A DNA stretch of 64,000 nucleotides from Raillietiella orientalis. Taxonomy: Eukaryota. A model generated the notes under the pieces. That model did not search any database, was not told where the DNA came from, and worked only from the letters and a program-made list of their open reading frames with translations. The DNA is taken from contig JAYWIR010000054.1 of the NCBI GenBank assembly GCA_036172245.1, positions 806,001 through 870,000 of the forward strand, given 5' to 3'. Made by a program: the position numbers and the translations under genes. Each line of letters begins with the position of its first letter. Position 1 is the first letter of the stretch. Below are positions 52,903-64,000 of the stretch, piece by piece.

Positions 52903-53033
52903 GTCAGCTCGTAATTGATCCAGCATCTAATAAAGAAAGGGAAGGAATGCCTTAGGAAGACGGAGGTCCGGGTATCAAGCCTCGCGTCAGAAGGAGTGAC
53001 ACCAGGCGGCCTGAGAATACGGATTCGCAGGCC
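52903..53033 (+). repeat. ~130-bp direct repeat, second copy at 54676-54814
   Basis: gtcagctcgtaattgatccag.atctaataaagaaagg.aaggaatgc.ttaggaagacggaggtccggg.atcaagcctcg is present in both copies. Confidence 0.9.
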
Positions 53034-53179
53034 AATTCGATTCGCCTTTCCTGTTCTGCCCGAGGGATATGGAGTTCAAAAAGATCTGGATTTAAAGGTT
53101 TGCAGTATCCTGTGGCGATCATTGTTTATCCTCAGAATGCTGCTCTGGAGGAGGATGAAAAGTGGTGAATTTGCTGTAT

Positions 53180-53620
53180 CCTCTTAAGCGCCTTTTCGAA
53201 TTCCAATGCCAATTCCTCGAAGGATCAGCAAGCTCACTAAATTTTGCAGGATCTTGCCAAAAGATAATCTCTTTTTTCCCTCCCCACTGACGTGTAAATA
53301 GGTGCTTGAGCAAATCCCTGCGAATGTCTTCAGGACATCAGATGGCCGTATATCCATATGCGTCCATCTTCGACAAAGGTGATCACAGTCCCATAGCAGC
53401 TACGGAAAAGATTTCCTCTTCTCGTCCCACTCTAACAGTTCAGAGCAAGGTTCCTCTCCGTCCGGCCCCTCACTGCTCGGGAGATTGATGGACAAGAGCG
53501 GTGTCGTCTCGTGCTGCCACGTTGTATCTGTCCGCGGAAGGCTCACTGAACCTTCCGTCGGAATTCCTGGGAGAGCATCTGTTTATAAGTTAGGGACTGC
53601 AAGCCCGTCGCAGGAATCGC
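53180..53620 (-). mobile_element. Non-LTR RT N-terminal relic
   Basis: PSSEGPDG (~sapGPDG) then DIRPSDVLKTFAGI (~yRPIs...K.fa.i). Confidence 0.45.
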
Positions 53621-53779
53621 GTCAGTGCGAAGACGATACAACAGAAAACCACCATCTCACTTATCAGTTCTGCGCTAAGAGGAAAAGGGAAAAAGTCTTG
53701 AAACTTCGCTTCCTCCGCCATCTGGCGCAATGACCAGTTTCCTAAGAGTCTGATGCTTCCCGTCAACCAGCTCGAGAAG

Positions 53780-54300
53780 CGGTCAGAAGAACAAGAGTCG
53801 ACACTCTCCAGCTTGAAGATGAGTAAGTGGTGTCAGCAAACACACCAAAAGTGAAACGTATGTCCCACGTTGCTGACGTTTTCAGAGAGCATGATAACGG
53901 CGATGAGACTGGCTACAGACGGATGCCAGCCGAGTGTTTCGGCATCGATTGCCCTCGCGCTGTCGGCAGCAGTTCGCTACCAGCAAGGCAAGGGCCTGCC
54001 TGAGAAATCTATCTACATGATACGACAAATGTGGAAAGCAAGAAAGGTCGTTTCCCGAAAAGCACCGCGTAGGGAAGTGAATGGAGCTTTCCTAGGAAGA
54101 GCTCGTGTTCCTCTGCAGATCACTCATACATCCAGCAACCTGTGGTCCTGGACCGGAAAAAGAACTAAAGGGGGAATCGGGATGGAAATGGGTTTCCCAG
54201 CAGCCATCTCAAGGGCCCTCATGTGACGCCGGGAGAGGGAACGCCAGTCACTGCTGACTGCGGGGAAGGCCTTTCGCGTCTTAGAGTCAGAGCTGTACAG
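53780..54300 (+). mobile_element. Possible L1-like RT thumb relic
   Basis: MSHVADV and KRTKGGIGM..F..A (~k..GGlG). Weak. Confidence 0.3.
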
Positions 54301-54964
54301 AGGGCCATTTATAAAAAAAAGGATAGCGGAATTCTGAAGCGAAATTTACGAGAGATCGATCAAAGATGTGATGAACAGACGTTAAGTAGATACTATTGAG
54401 GATAAACGCATCAAGAAGATGACTGTGTCACGAAGGTTTTTAGTGCCAGCAAGTGGGCGATCGTTAATTTCCTGTATAGCTCAGCGCGAGAGAGCAAACA
54501 AGAAAATGTGTGGCAAAATGAAAGAGCAGATTCCATCCTCCCTCTCCGCCGGGGTATTCCGGAAAGCTCAGGCGGCCACTGCATCTTGAAGGTATTAATA
54601 CCTTCCCTCTCCGGATGCAATATCGCATCTCGGGAGCTGCAGACTCAGAGCCTTCAGCACTTGAGTATTCGTCTCGTCAGCTCGTAATTGATCCAGGATC
54701 TAATAAAGAAAGGAAAGGAATGCATTAGGAAGACGGAGGTCCGGGGATCAAGCCTCGAAAGAGTGACACCATGCGGCAGCGAGTCGCGTTGAACGAATGC
54801 GGACTCGCAGGCCATGCGCAGGTGAAGATGAATGACGACACCCTCACAAAGATGAAGTGATCTCTTGGGATTCAAATAAAGGTGAACGGAAATTGCACGC
54901 AGCAGTGAGATAGTACACGGAGTACCTGTCGGCAGGGCTTTGTTCTTTTACCACGGTCGGAGAA

Positions 54965-55515
54965 CTGTCCAGTGCTTCCGGTACACTGTTTTATTAAGCT
55001 ACTGAGGAATGCATAGAAACTCCCGTTAGGGATTTCACGCATCGCCTGGGAGGCAAACTCCCCACACTATTGGAGGTTTTCCAGCATTCTCAGATACAGC
55101 TCGTCCCGTGTTGCGGCAAGAAACCCATTCGGTTCCGGTAGTACATCAGGCAGAAATAACCTCTGGATGCTGCGATAGGCCATTCATCTGCTCAGGTGGC
55201 CGGCTCGCCTTTGCAGGATCTTCGGCTCCCTCACAGGGTGTTGCCGTTGCTCCATGCATTAAGAGATTGTTACACAAGAGCCTCACGGGCTGAGGTCAGC
55301 ACTTCTCTGAAGGAGAAACGCAAAAGCATGCCCTGATGTTCTCCCTATGCTTCCTTTTCCTGGCACGCTGCGGAGCCTCCGGCTGGTCTTCGAGGTGGCA
55401 GAGTGATGACCTGAGCTTCTCTTTGGAGTGTCATGACCGGTAAGAGGCTGGGGTGTGACATTTGGATGGCGAGCAGCCCTTCCTCACCGAAAATTTGAGT
55501 ACATTGCTGTGTCCC
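54965..55515 (-). repeat. Inverted paralog of 4625-5170 (RT relic)
   Basis: Reverse-complement match, roughly 90% by eye. The same spurious MLRQETHSVP... ORF appears on the opposite strand. Confidence 0.9.
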
Positions 55516-55934
55516 GCCTGCTTCTCTCAGTGTCCCTTCTCTCTATCTTGACTTAGCTGAGAATACGCCCTGAGGTTTCAAGTTTGTCCACTCCTTATGC
55601 TTCAGATTAGTCGCTATGGATGGTCGACTAGAACTTCTTTACGAGGATACAATGGGCCGTCTTTATCTGGAGTTGGATGCATCTCAGAGATCGTCTGGGC
55701 AAGAAGGCGAATGAAGTTCATCTACGTCAAAGGAGACTGGAGAGTGACGAGTCAACTGATCCATTTGATCGTAAACACCTCTTCGCCGGAGGAACGCTTT
55801 TCCTTTGGAGGTTGGTCGTATCTCTAGGTTTAAAAGAGACGGCGTTGCAAGCCGAGACTGTTCGACATTCCTCGAGAGAGAAAGCAGTCACACTGAAAAA
55901 CTGGAAGTGAGGATATCGGGATTCACTTCCGGAT

Positions 55935-56745
55935 GACCCGCGTTCACGACTGTGTTGCTGTCTCCACGTATGGCTCCAAGAGTTCCAGGTTCGAATCCCC
56001 ACGGAGGGTCGTCGTAGAGGGTCGACACGGAAGAATGGATGCGCCGTGGGTTTCGAGCTACTTCGGCAGGATGGCGCTGGTTGGCCCATTCGAGTACGGC
56101 ATGGCTGGAAACTGGGAACCCTATACCCTCGTTGACCGGGATTCGAATTTGACCCTCTGGGGCCTTCCAGGAATGAAGTTCCCTTCGAGGCTTCCCTGGG
56201 GTTGTGAAAACAAAGCCGTGACTGGTATGACTTCACAACCGGGTCCCGCAACACCGTGTACCATTGCGTATAACACTCTGGAGGGACAACCCCCTAGAGG
56301 AATTTCCCCTTCAGAGGTTGAAAAAAAGCTCTGATTTTTTCGGAGAGCGACCCTTCAGAGAAATTTGGAGGCGTACCTCCGCGGTTCTCTTTAGAAGAGG
56401 GTTCCCTCTGCAGAATCCCTCTAGAGAAGAAATTCAGGAGCACAGATCTCTTTTGGGTTCCTTTCAAAGAAAAAATGAGGAACGACCCCCTCCGGGGGGT
56501 TCCTGCGGAGGAAACGATAAAGAGGTTCCCTGTCAGGCATGTGAGAAATGGATTCCTTTCACCGGAATCTTCCTGGATTCATTGGGCCGTCCCTCCGGGG
56601 TCACCCCCTATAACTCTTCAAGTTATACGCACCTTCAGGTGGTGTGGACGGTGTCAAAGTGCTTCATGAGTCCCTTCTAAGGTGAACGGTTCTTCAATAC
56701 TCCTTGGGGACAAAAAAAAAGCTGGAAGGAAATAGCGAAAACAGG
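55935..56745 (+). mobile_element. tRNA-derived SINE-like element, copy 7 (near full length)
   Basis: GGTTCGAATCCC at 55988-55999, gtgggtttcgag ~56046, gggattcgaat ~56138, palindromic-unit body, A-tract at 56712-56720, shared tail. Confidence 0.7.
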
Positions 56746-56799
56746 AATTCGAAATTTCCATCTTCACAGTCACTCGGACCGCAGTCCACTTAATGAGAC

Positions 56800-58530
56800 T
56801 TTCGCCCTACGACTGTGGCGGCTTTCAGTGCCATGCTCTTCGTCTTTGCAAACCTTTGTGGTACCTCGCTTCTTTCCTAAGTTTTATGACCTTTTGGACC
56901 CGAAGGAGGCGGCGCAGAGGAGGCGCAGAAGTGTCAGAGCTTGATCGCTTCATGCTCTTGTCACAGAGACTGGCACACTTGGACACGGCGGTGACGCTTC
57001 TTCCGAAGGGCTGGAGGCTATTCCATGCAACAGTAGGGATCGCAACGGAAGACATCACTTCCGGAGGCACGAAATTCTGGAATGTGAGGGTTCTCCCGAA
57101 CGCAAAGGGTCTTTTTTCCGAGTCGGAACCCGGTCTCGCCCATTTCAGAATGTTGGTTTCGTGCCATTCCGGAGAATCACATCCAAAAGATGCTTGCAAG
57201 TGACGAAGGAACATTCTCGTCTAAGATTAGGTTAAGGACGCTGCCTTGGATTAACGGTCCACATACAGGGCAGGTATTTCTTCTTTTTCTGTGCTTGGTC
57301 TGTGGTATTTGAACGAGACCGGAACTTTCAAAAGTACGTGATGTGCGAAGAGGAATAGGCCAAGGATTTCTCACACACCAACGCCGCAACCTCGAATGTG
57401 ATTAAATCTGGTGGACTTGAAACTTGAGGAAGAGGATCGGGAGACTTCTCTAAGTATCAGAGAGATTACGGGGGAACGGACATGATTTGAGGAGCAGAGG
57501 AAATATTGGCATTGCTGCTCGCCTAGGAGCAAGCTGTGGCCACGAAAACTGTCGAACCGCAGGATTCCATCCCTAGAGATCAAAGACAGAGGATAACTCC
57601 CTATGAAAATTTCCGTGGAGGAAACTCATTCTCTGGCATTGATTGCAACTTTTTGACGTTCCCCTTCTAGATCAATAATGCTCAAATTGATGGATTTCTC
57701 CTGATTCTCACTCGATCCATGAGGCTAACTAAGAAAGGACAAAGGAGTCAAGTTTATATTCTGCTTCATCGCACGGAAGAGCGAGTTCACGGAAGTCGGT
57801 AGTAAGGCAACAAGCTAAGACCCCTGTCAAAGACAATGACTTGGAACACACGAATTTCTTTAGCAAAAGCCCATTTTTGAAGTCATCAGACAAAAGGTCA
57901 GCCAATCCACTGCAAAGAGTGATCCCCGCTTCCGATTTCGGAAGGACATCCAGACTAACTTGCCTGTTCATTCTATGGACAAAGGACACTCTAAGGAGAG
58001 TGAAATTCGATAGCACAGCTGTTCATCAGGAAGAGCTGAGATCCGCACGTGGTAAAGAGAACCGTCTCAAGCCTGCTCACGATTCAACTCAGGCTCAAGG
58101 GACGGACCACCTTACTGCAGAATGCGCGGATTGAAAGTGGACCACGTCCTAGGTAGGACAGCATACGAACTTTGAAGCATTTTCTACAAAGAGACGACCA
58201 CGTTCGTCTAGCAGGCTGAATGTCGCACTCGTGCAACGCGCCTTCAACCTTTTTCCCCCGAGCAAAAAAGTATACGACCTTCAAGGTTGTATATTTGTTG
58301 CTAGGAGTTCCAGTCAACTTCCCGGCGCGTAATTGGTATCACACCAGAGTATTCCGCGAATGCATTGGAAGCTAAACACTGAGCTAGTGCTACAAACAGA
58401 AGGGAAGGTGGTCAATGTCACTTGAGCCTCTAAGCATTCGCCAACGGAGTTGAAAGTGGGAGGACGGAAGGAGGGCAAATACAGTGGGCTGTGCCCGCAC
58501 TTCGCCTCCTGAGGAGTGCTTGCCATCGTA
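56800..58530 (-). mobile_element. Long, heavily decayed non-LTR relic (RT core to C-terminal knuckle)
   Basis: STPQE....SPLYL ~58500, LSYLG ~58150, CPVCG..I..VLNLIL ~57260. Confidence 0.4.
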
Positions 58531-58802
58531 GAAAGTCATCGTAAGATCTCTGGTTCCAGGAAATGGTGCAGTGTTTCAGAATCTGAAAATTCCTTAGAAG
58601 GATGTGGGCCCTGAAATGTTTATTGTTTTGGTTGACAGTCAGCTAACCTGTTGCAGGAGGACTCTTGACATTCGTCCGCGTTTCTTTCTCTACTAATCTG
58701 GGGCGCTCGTCGCCCCTCAGCATGTTGCTTCCGCACCTTCCTGTTCTTCGTCTCGCGAACGCTGACATCTTGGGTTCTCCGGCTGTATCTGGCTGTCTGT
58801 CT

Positions 58803-60200
58803 CTCACGTGAGGTGGGCTGCATAGATGTCGCTGGAGTACCAGATGCACAAAGCCACCATCCAATGCCCCATAGTCCCCAAGTGCTTTTTTGGAATTCCA
58901 AGGTCCTCTAGTACTCCTTCGTTTCCTGGATTTCAGGCTCCAAGAGAGCCAACGATTAAAGCATGCACCCTTGATTATTCTCCCTCTCTTCGTAACTGGA
59001 GGGCTGCTTGTATTTCCCCTCTTTTCTCCTCCTAGCTGCGCTGAACGCCTCCCTCTCTTCCATCCTCGTGCGGGCAGCAGACGTCCAGCACTATAAACTG
59101 GCTTCCTTTTTTCATTACTAAGTCCGGTCCTAAGAACCAGTTCGTTCCTGCAGCTGTCTGGTTAGTAGACAATAGGGTCCAGATGATATTGACGATGATC
59201 TCTCGAATCGCATCGTGTCGCGCAGTGATGAAAGTGTCTCTTGCATCTGATTAGTATATGGCTGCGTGGATGAATTCATCAGAAAGGAACTGGTGTGCTC
59301 GAACATCCAGCATTACTGGGATGTACAATGAAAACACTGAATGGGTTCCGTGACTTGATAGAAAAACGTTTACATTACAGGATGTGAAGGAGCGTTTCCT
59401 CGGGAATTCATCCATTCGCACCATATGGCGCGTGCGTTCTCTGCGCACAACCTCAAGCCTTCCTTCCATGTTCTGCGACCGTAAAGAGCATGTGGGATTT
59501 TTGCAAATCTGCGATGTTCAAATCATAAATTTTTGAAATATCTTCTGCTCGATACTCCTGCGCATGGCTTCCTTCTTTTCTTCTCTCTCCTTTTGTCTCA
59601 AGAACGCTAAAGGCTTGTCGTGGGCTCCTGCTCGCCTTGCTTACAAAATCAGGAAATACCTACCGAAATTCAAAAGCCTGTAGTTCGAGACCCGAATTGT
59701 ATGCGAATTCTTCCTCAATCATTTGTCCTTCATGTAGCCCGCTGAAAGCGGCAGCTGCTTTACGAGTGGATGCCATATGCAACTTGAAAATTTTCTCAGG
59801 AGAATGAGCACCATTATCCAATAAAAGAAGCAGTTGTCATGCTCCATGACTAAGCTCTTCTCAAAATCTCTTTTCAGACATGAAAAGTGAAAAATGGAAC
59901 GCACAGAGCACGTCAAATTTCTGTAAGGAATGCAGTGGATGGTTCCAACGACGACTCCTACGAGCTCAGCAGTTTAATATCCTCCTCTGATTAATTTTCC
60001 ATTGTGCTCTCTCAAGTGTGTCTTCTTTGTCCATATTCCTTTGATTCTTGTTGCCATCGTGACAACCAAGCCGCCAGCGCTATTAGCCAACTCCGCCTAT
60101 GAGGTCTCAGACATTCCAGTAATCCTCCAGCAATCATCCACAGAGATGAAGACTCTGAGGCGGTGCTAAGCAACCGTTTTGTTATGGCAGACCGCATGTC
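58803..60200 (-). mobile_element. NeSL/Utopia-like non-LTR element 3' relic with well-preserved REL endonuclease
   Basis: Across 2-3 frameshifts: HILIRC / ARHDAI...NQT...GPDLVMKKGSQFIVLDVCCPHEDG / EAFSAARRRKEGKYK / VHALIVGSLGA*NPGNEGVLEDLGI...MVALCIWYSSDIYAAH. Upstream: LEP....EI*RALCVPFFTF. Confidence 0.85.
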
Positions 60201-60699
60201 CTTTCCGGAAGTGCAGCTGAGAAACCCTGCAAGTTAAGGAAAAAGCGGCAGGTCACGATTTCAGGCACTGCGAATGAGAATCGCGAAATTTTAAAAGTGG
60301 AGTTTTAGGTTCTTTTTCTGTTTATTCAAATCTTCCTATTCCCTTTATATTCCGTCCAATTTCACCTGACCAAATGGAAGTCAAGTCACTCTTCTCCCGT
60401 TATCAGTAGTAGAGGTGGGCTGGAAGGAAAATGGAGGAGAGAGACAGAAGAAAAGTTTATTTTGTCAAACAACCAAGTGCATCGATAACATATGGAAAAA
60501 AAAGAAAAAATGTAGAAGTTTCTCCGCCCTCATTAAGGCCTTTGTTTCTAAAAAAAACAGCTGTGCAAACTAAGAATCTGCCTCCTAAGCAGCGTTCGTA
60601 ACTACGGACACGCAAGTCGGCTACTGCGAGTCTGAGGTTCAGCTCTGCAGACTGCACATCATGCAGGAGGCGAATCGCTTGTCCTTCCATCTCCGCCGA

Positions 60700-61000
60700 C
60701 CGTGGAATCTATGCGTAGGAGGCAGCCACAGTCCTCCTCCACAGACATTAACGGGATGTAATTGTCGGCAGAATGGCACAGTCAAGGGGATGCCGGCTGT
60801 AGTGTTCCGGGAAAGTCCAATGTGGGAAGAGCAACGCTGCGCGCTACTGTCTCTCGAGATGGCTGCACGGAGTTGTCCGCAAACGTGGAGGCGATCCGTG
60901 GTTCAGAGGATGGAGGCTTCGTAGGTTTGGAAGCGCCGCCCAACGGAGCACTGCAGGCCACGTCGATGGGCTAGACCGTCGACTATCAACAACCTCTGAG
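60700..61000 (+). mobile_element. Possible LINE 3' zinc-knuckle relic
   Basis: CNCRQNGTV...VFRESPMWEEQR (~C.C...t..Hv..eCP.w.e.R). Weak. Confidence 0.25.
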
Positions 61001-62639
61001 GTTTGCTTTGTTCTCTCCCGTTTTCCTGTCCTCTTCAACTGTCCTTTCCTCCCGTATTAGGAGACCAGCTCTGTGGCTAAGGAAAGAAGCTGGCGCTAGC
61101 TTACTCTTCACAATTCGCGTCAAACCCACTCTAGGCGTGCACTTTGGGGACTCTTTTGATAAGACGACTCCTCCAGAGGTAATTCTCTTCTAGTGTTTCA
61201 AGGTCAGTATTCAGAATTGAGAGCTGTAGCTCCATCGTCTTCACCACCATGATGTCGAGGAGAGTGCATCTCCTCTCAGGGCTGCAACGTTTTGGGGAAG
61301 CATCTTTGGCTCTTTGTTGAGGTGCTCCAAAGAGCCTTCCGCAGAAGACCGGCTGCTTATCCCATGGGAGGAGGATTGGGAACGGAACGTGAGGTCCAGG
61401 TGAGGAAAGCAGCGAAGGCACCCTCCAGTGAGAGAATAAAGTTTAATTTAATAAAAGTTTATAAAGTTTGATTTCGTCTTGTTGGTACTTGTGAATTCTC
61501 CTGCTCTCCGTAAGGCAAACACCATGAGTTCTGGCAGACTCCTCTGGGTAACAGAAACTCATGCAAGGAGATACTTCATTGATGCTTCGAAATCACAGAG
61601 CACTGTTTTCACGCAAGAGCGCCTCCTAGCGAGAGCTTTGAGCTCCAGCTTTAACGAAAAAATTCTCATGTACCACATCGAAAGATTCCGTGGTTAGCAG
61701 AATACCCGCTTCCGCGCTGAAGAGTGCCCTGCGCTCTCAGCTGCACGGAACGGAAGGATTCACAAGGAACGCTCCCAGAGCAAGCTCTGGGAGCGTCGGA
61801 GACGTCGTTTTTCAAGAGTTCGACGGAACTTGTGGAAAACCAAGAGAGGCCCACTCCATCTCACGAAACTCTGATTATGCTGCTCATCGTTCACTTCAAG
61901 GTCGCTTGTTCACCGCTTCAAGGTGGTCGCCGGTCACAGGAGGCCTTAAATGGCCTGCCTGTGATTCCACTCCGACAGTGGTCATGCTAAGCCGAATTTG
62001 CTCTTTCGCCTAGCGTCGCTCGCGACACCCGCCGGCTTGCGAACAAGTCATATCCTGGTTCAAATCAGACGCTGCGACGCAGCCGTTCTTTCCCATAACA
62101 ACGTAATTAGGGAGGTTGCCATGATAAGAATTCCCTCAACCATAATGGAGAACGATTTCTCCTAGCTTTAAGCTGGGAGCCAATGTCAGGACGCTGAGAG
62201 GGTAGAAAACCTCATGCTTTCCAAACATTGATAAGTGAAGAGGGAATGCAACCGGTGAAAGAACTGGTGAATAAATGCGGAAATTTTCTATTCCAAAGAG
62301 TGCAGGGAAACTCGAAACTCGAGAAACCTGGTCCATGCTGGAACCTGGATAAAAGGGGTATCTGAATTTCTCATAATCATCCAGGTGTTTGTCTGGTCAT
62401 GTTGTTCTTTTATGTTGGTGCTTCCTTGTCAGTCAGTGACTCCAGGAAGCTTTGTTTTTCAAAAAACAAACAAGCAAATAAAGGAAGTGGGTCACGGAAC
62501 CTGCGAGACTTTCCTAGCTCCAGATCGGGGGATGAACCACCAGCTCGCAGGTTGTTGCGCAGAAGACAAAGGAAGTCACGAGGATGGCACAATGAATAGA
62601 AAAGAAAGGTTGAAGAAGCGATCATCAGTTACCACCCTC

Positions 62640-63330
62640 CGCGTCTTTTGCGGCCTGCATGCGATGCACACTGCACCCTTCTTCAGCAGCTCTTTAGAGA
62701 TCTTCCATTGGGAGATGTTCTGCAGGATTCCAAGAAGTCTGTCCATCTGACCGTCTCACACCTTGCCACAACATTGTCTGCCCTAAGGGCAAGTGAGAAC
62801 GGTTGCCTAACGGCGGGCTGGCACTTGTCCTGCATCATTGCAGGAAGAGCGAAACTCCTGAGCGTCTGGAAGCCGAATGAGATGGTGGTCGTGCGCCACT
62901 CCGCGTCAGCGGACGAAGGAACTGCTTTAATAGAAGAAGCTGTTAAATGTGCCCTCCAAGGAACTCACTGTCCGTCCCCTGTGCCTGAACACTTCCATGT
63001 CCACTTTGAAGTGGAAACAAGATGTCCTGCTGTTTCTGTTCAAGGGTATCCGATGCAACAAGACTGAGACTCCTGACTGCCACCGAGCTGCATCCCCAGA
63101 TAGTTAAAGGTGCGGGACGATTCTGCAGGAACTTTGAGGACTGACCACAGGCCCCTGCATACAAAAGCACTGCTAAGGATTCGCGGCAATCTTCCACAAG
63201 AGAAGAAGTCACGGCAAGAGCCGTGCAAGAGCTGCGCCCACACCATCATGACAGCCATCCCCATTTGCTGGAATTTCGGGCGCAGCCGTCTACGCGAAGA
63301 CTTCCAAGCGGTCTCACCTGGAGGAAGAAA
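62640..63330 (-). mobile_element. R2/NeSL-like RT C-terminal relic, paralog of 6440-7160
   Basis: TFNYLGMQLG ~63080-63110. The nucleotide block tgcc.taagggcaagtgagaacggttgcctaacgg is shared with ~6560. Confidence 0.6.
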
Positions 63331-64000
63331 TCAAGGAGGAGATCTCCATAATCTAACGATGATGAAAGAAGCAAGGAAGGGCAAACACCGGTGGCCTTTC
63401 TCCACACCTTCCCTTTATTTGGTTTTGTTCGTTTCTTCTTTTTTTTTTAACTCACCCCCTTTCACTGGTTTTGGACTTCTCCCTGTTCCTCAACAAGGAA
63501 CAAAATGCATCAAAAAACCTCGTTCTCACTTCTCATTTTTATATCTTTCCTTCCGTTCCTGACTTTGAGAATATCGACCTGCGTGTTGGTGTATCCCCTA
63601 AATGAACTTCCTTTTTTTTGGTTTCTGTTTCGGGAGCTGTCTTCCTCCCAACTTGCTCGCATGTTTGTCTGTTTTTAAGAAAAAACCACTCGGCGTTTCA
63701 CGCTGAAAATCCTCTTGCTTCCCTTGGGAACCTGTTTCCAAGGGAAGCAACTTTTTGCAAGTTTAGCTTTTAGAAAAGAAGTTCTTTCTGCTTAATCGAA
63801 TGAGAATGAAGACCTGGAAAGTAGGAGGACCTTCCAAATCCGTGCCCAGGAATTCTTTTGGAAATGGGTCAGTTCTTACGAGCTTTCCTTGAAGACGCCA
63901 AAATGCAGTCGTTTTTGCACACGAGAAAACCTCGAGATTTGGATGTGATGAAATCATTCGATTCCGTTGACGCTAAAAATGACAGAGGAGTTGCAGCAAT

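Noticed and set aside
4625..55515. One giant ancient palindrome centred near 30-30.6 kb
   Set aside because: Two inverted pairs have similar midpoints, but they differ in divergence, the 23/48 kb pair is centred elsewhere, and the intervening DNA does not mirror.
58930..58945. TGA at a conserved Trp position as evidence of an alternative genetic code
   Set aside because: The same relics contain frameshifts, other stops and normal TGG codons; a TGG>TGA transition in a dead copy explains it.
1..64000. CRISPR array or prokaryotic operon
   Set aside because: No regularly spaced direct repeats with unique spacers, no dense long ORFs, and content is eukaryotic retroelement debris.

Overview
Eukaryotic, repeat-saturated DNA with roughly balanced base composition. 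Short (TTAGG)n units hint at an arthropod, but only weakly. I can support no intact host gene, rRNA, true tRNA or CRISPR array, and the ORF-track entries are pieces of decayed elements or chance frames. Most of the window is a mosaic of short (0.3-2 kb), frameshifted and stop-riddled non-LTR retrotransposon relics from several lineages: restriction-like-endonuclease (NeSL/Utopia/R2-like), L1/Tx1-like, L2/CR1-like and RNase H-bearing I/R1/Loa-like. Overlaid on it are (i) seven copies of a ~0.7-0.8 kb tRNA-derived SINE-like family with at least two tandem T-arm/B-box modules and a body of repeated CCC-GAA-GGG mini-hairpin motifs; (ii) near-identical DNA-level duplications of already dead sequence, mostly inverted; (iii) two MITE-like elements, one wrapped around TTAGG repeats; (iv) three possible THAP-domain relics, each next to a purine/pyrimidine-alternating tract; and (v) a perfect 40-bp palindrome. 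All family calls come from by-eye motif recognition across frames and boundaries are approximate. Whether any of these families is undescribed cannot be judged without database searches.
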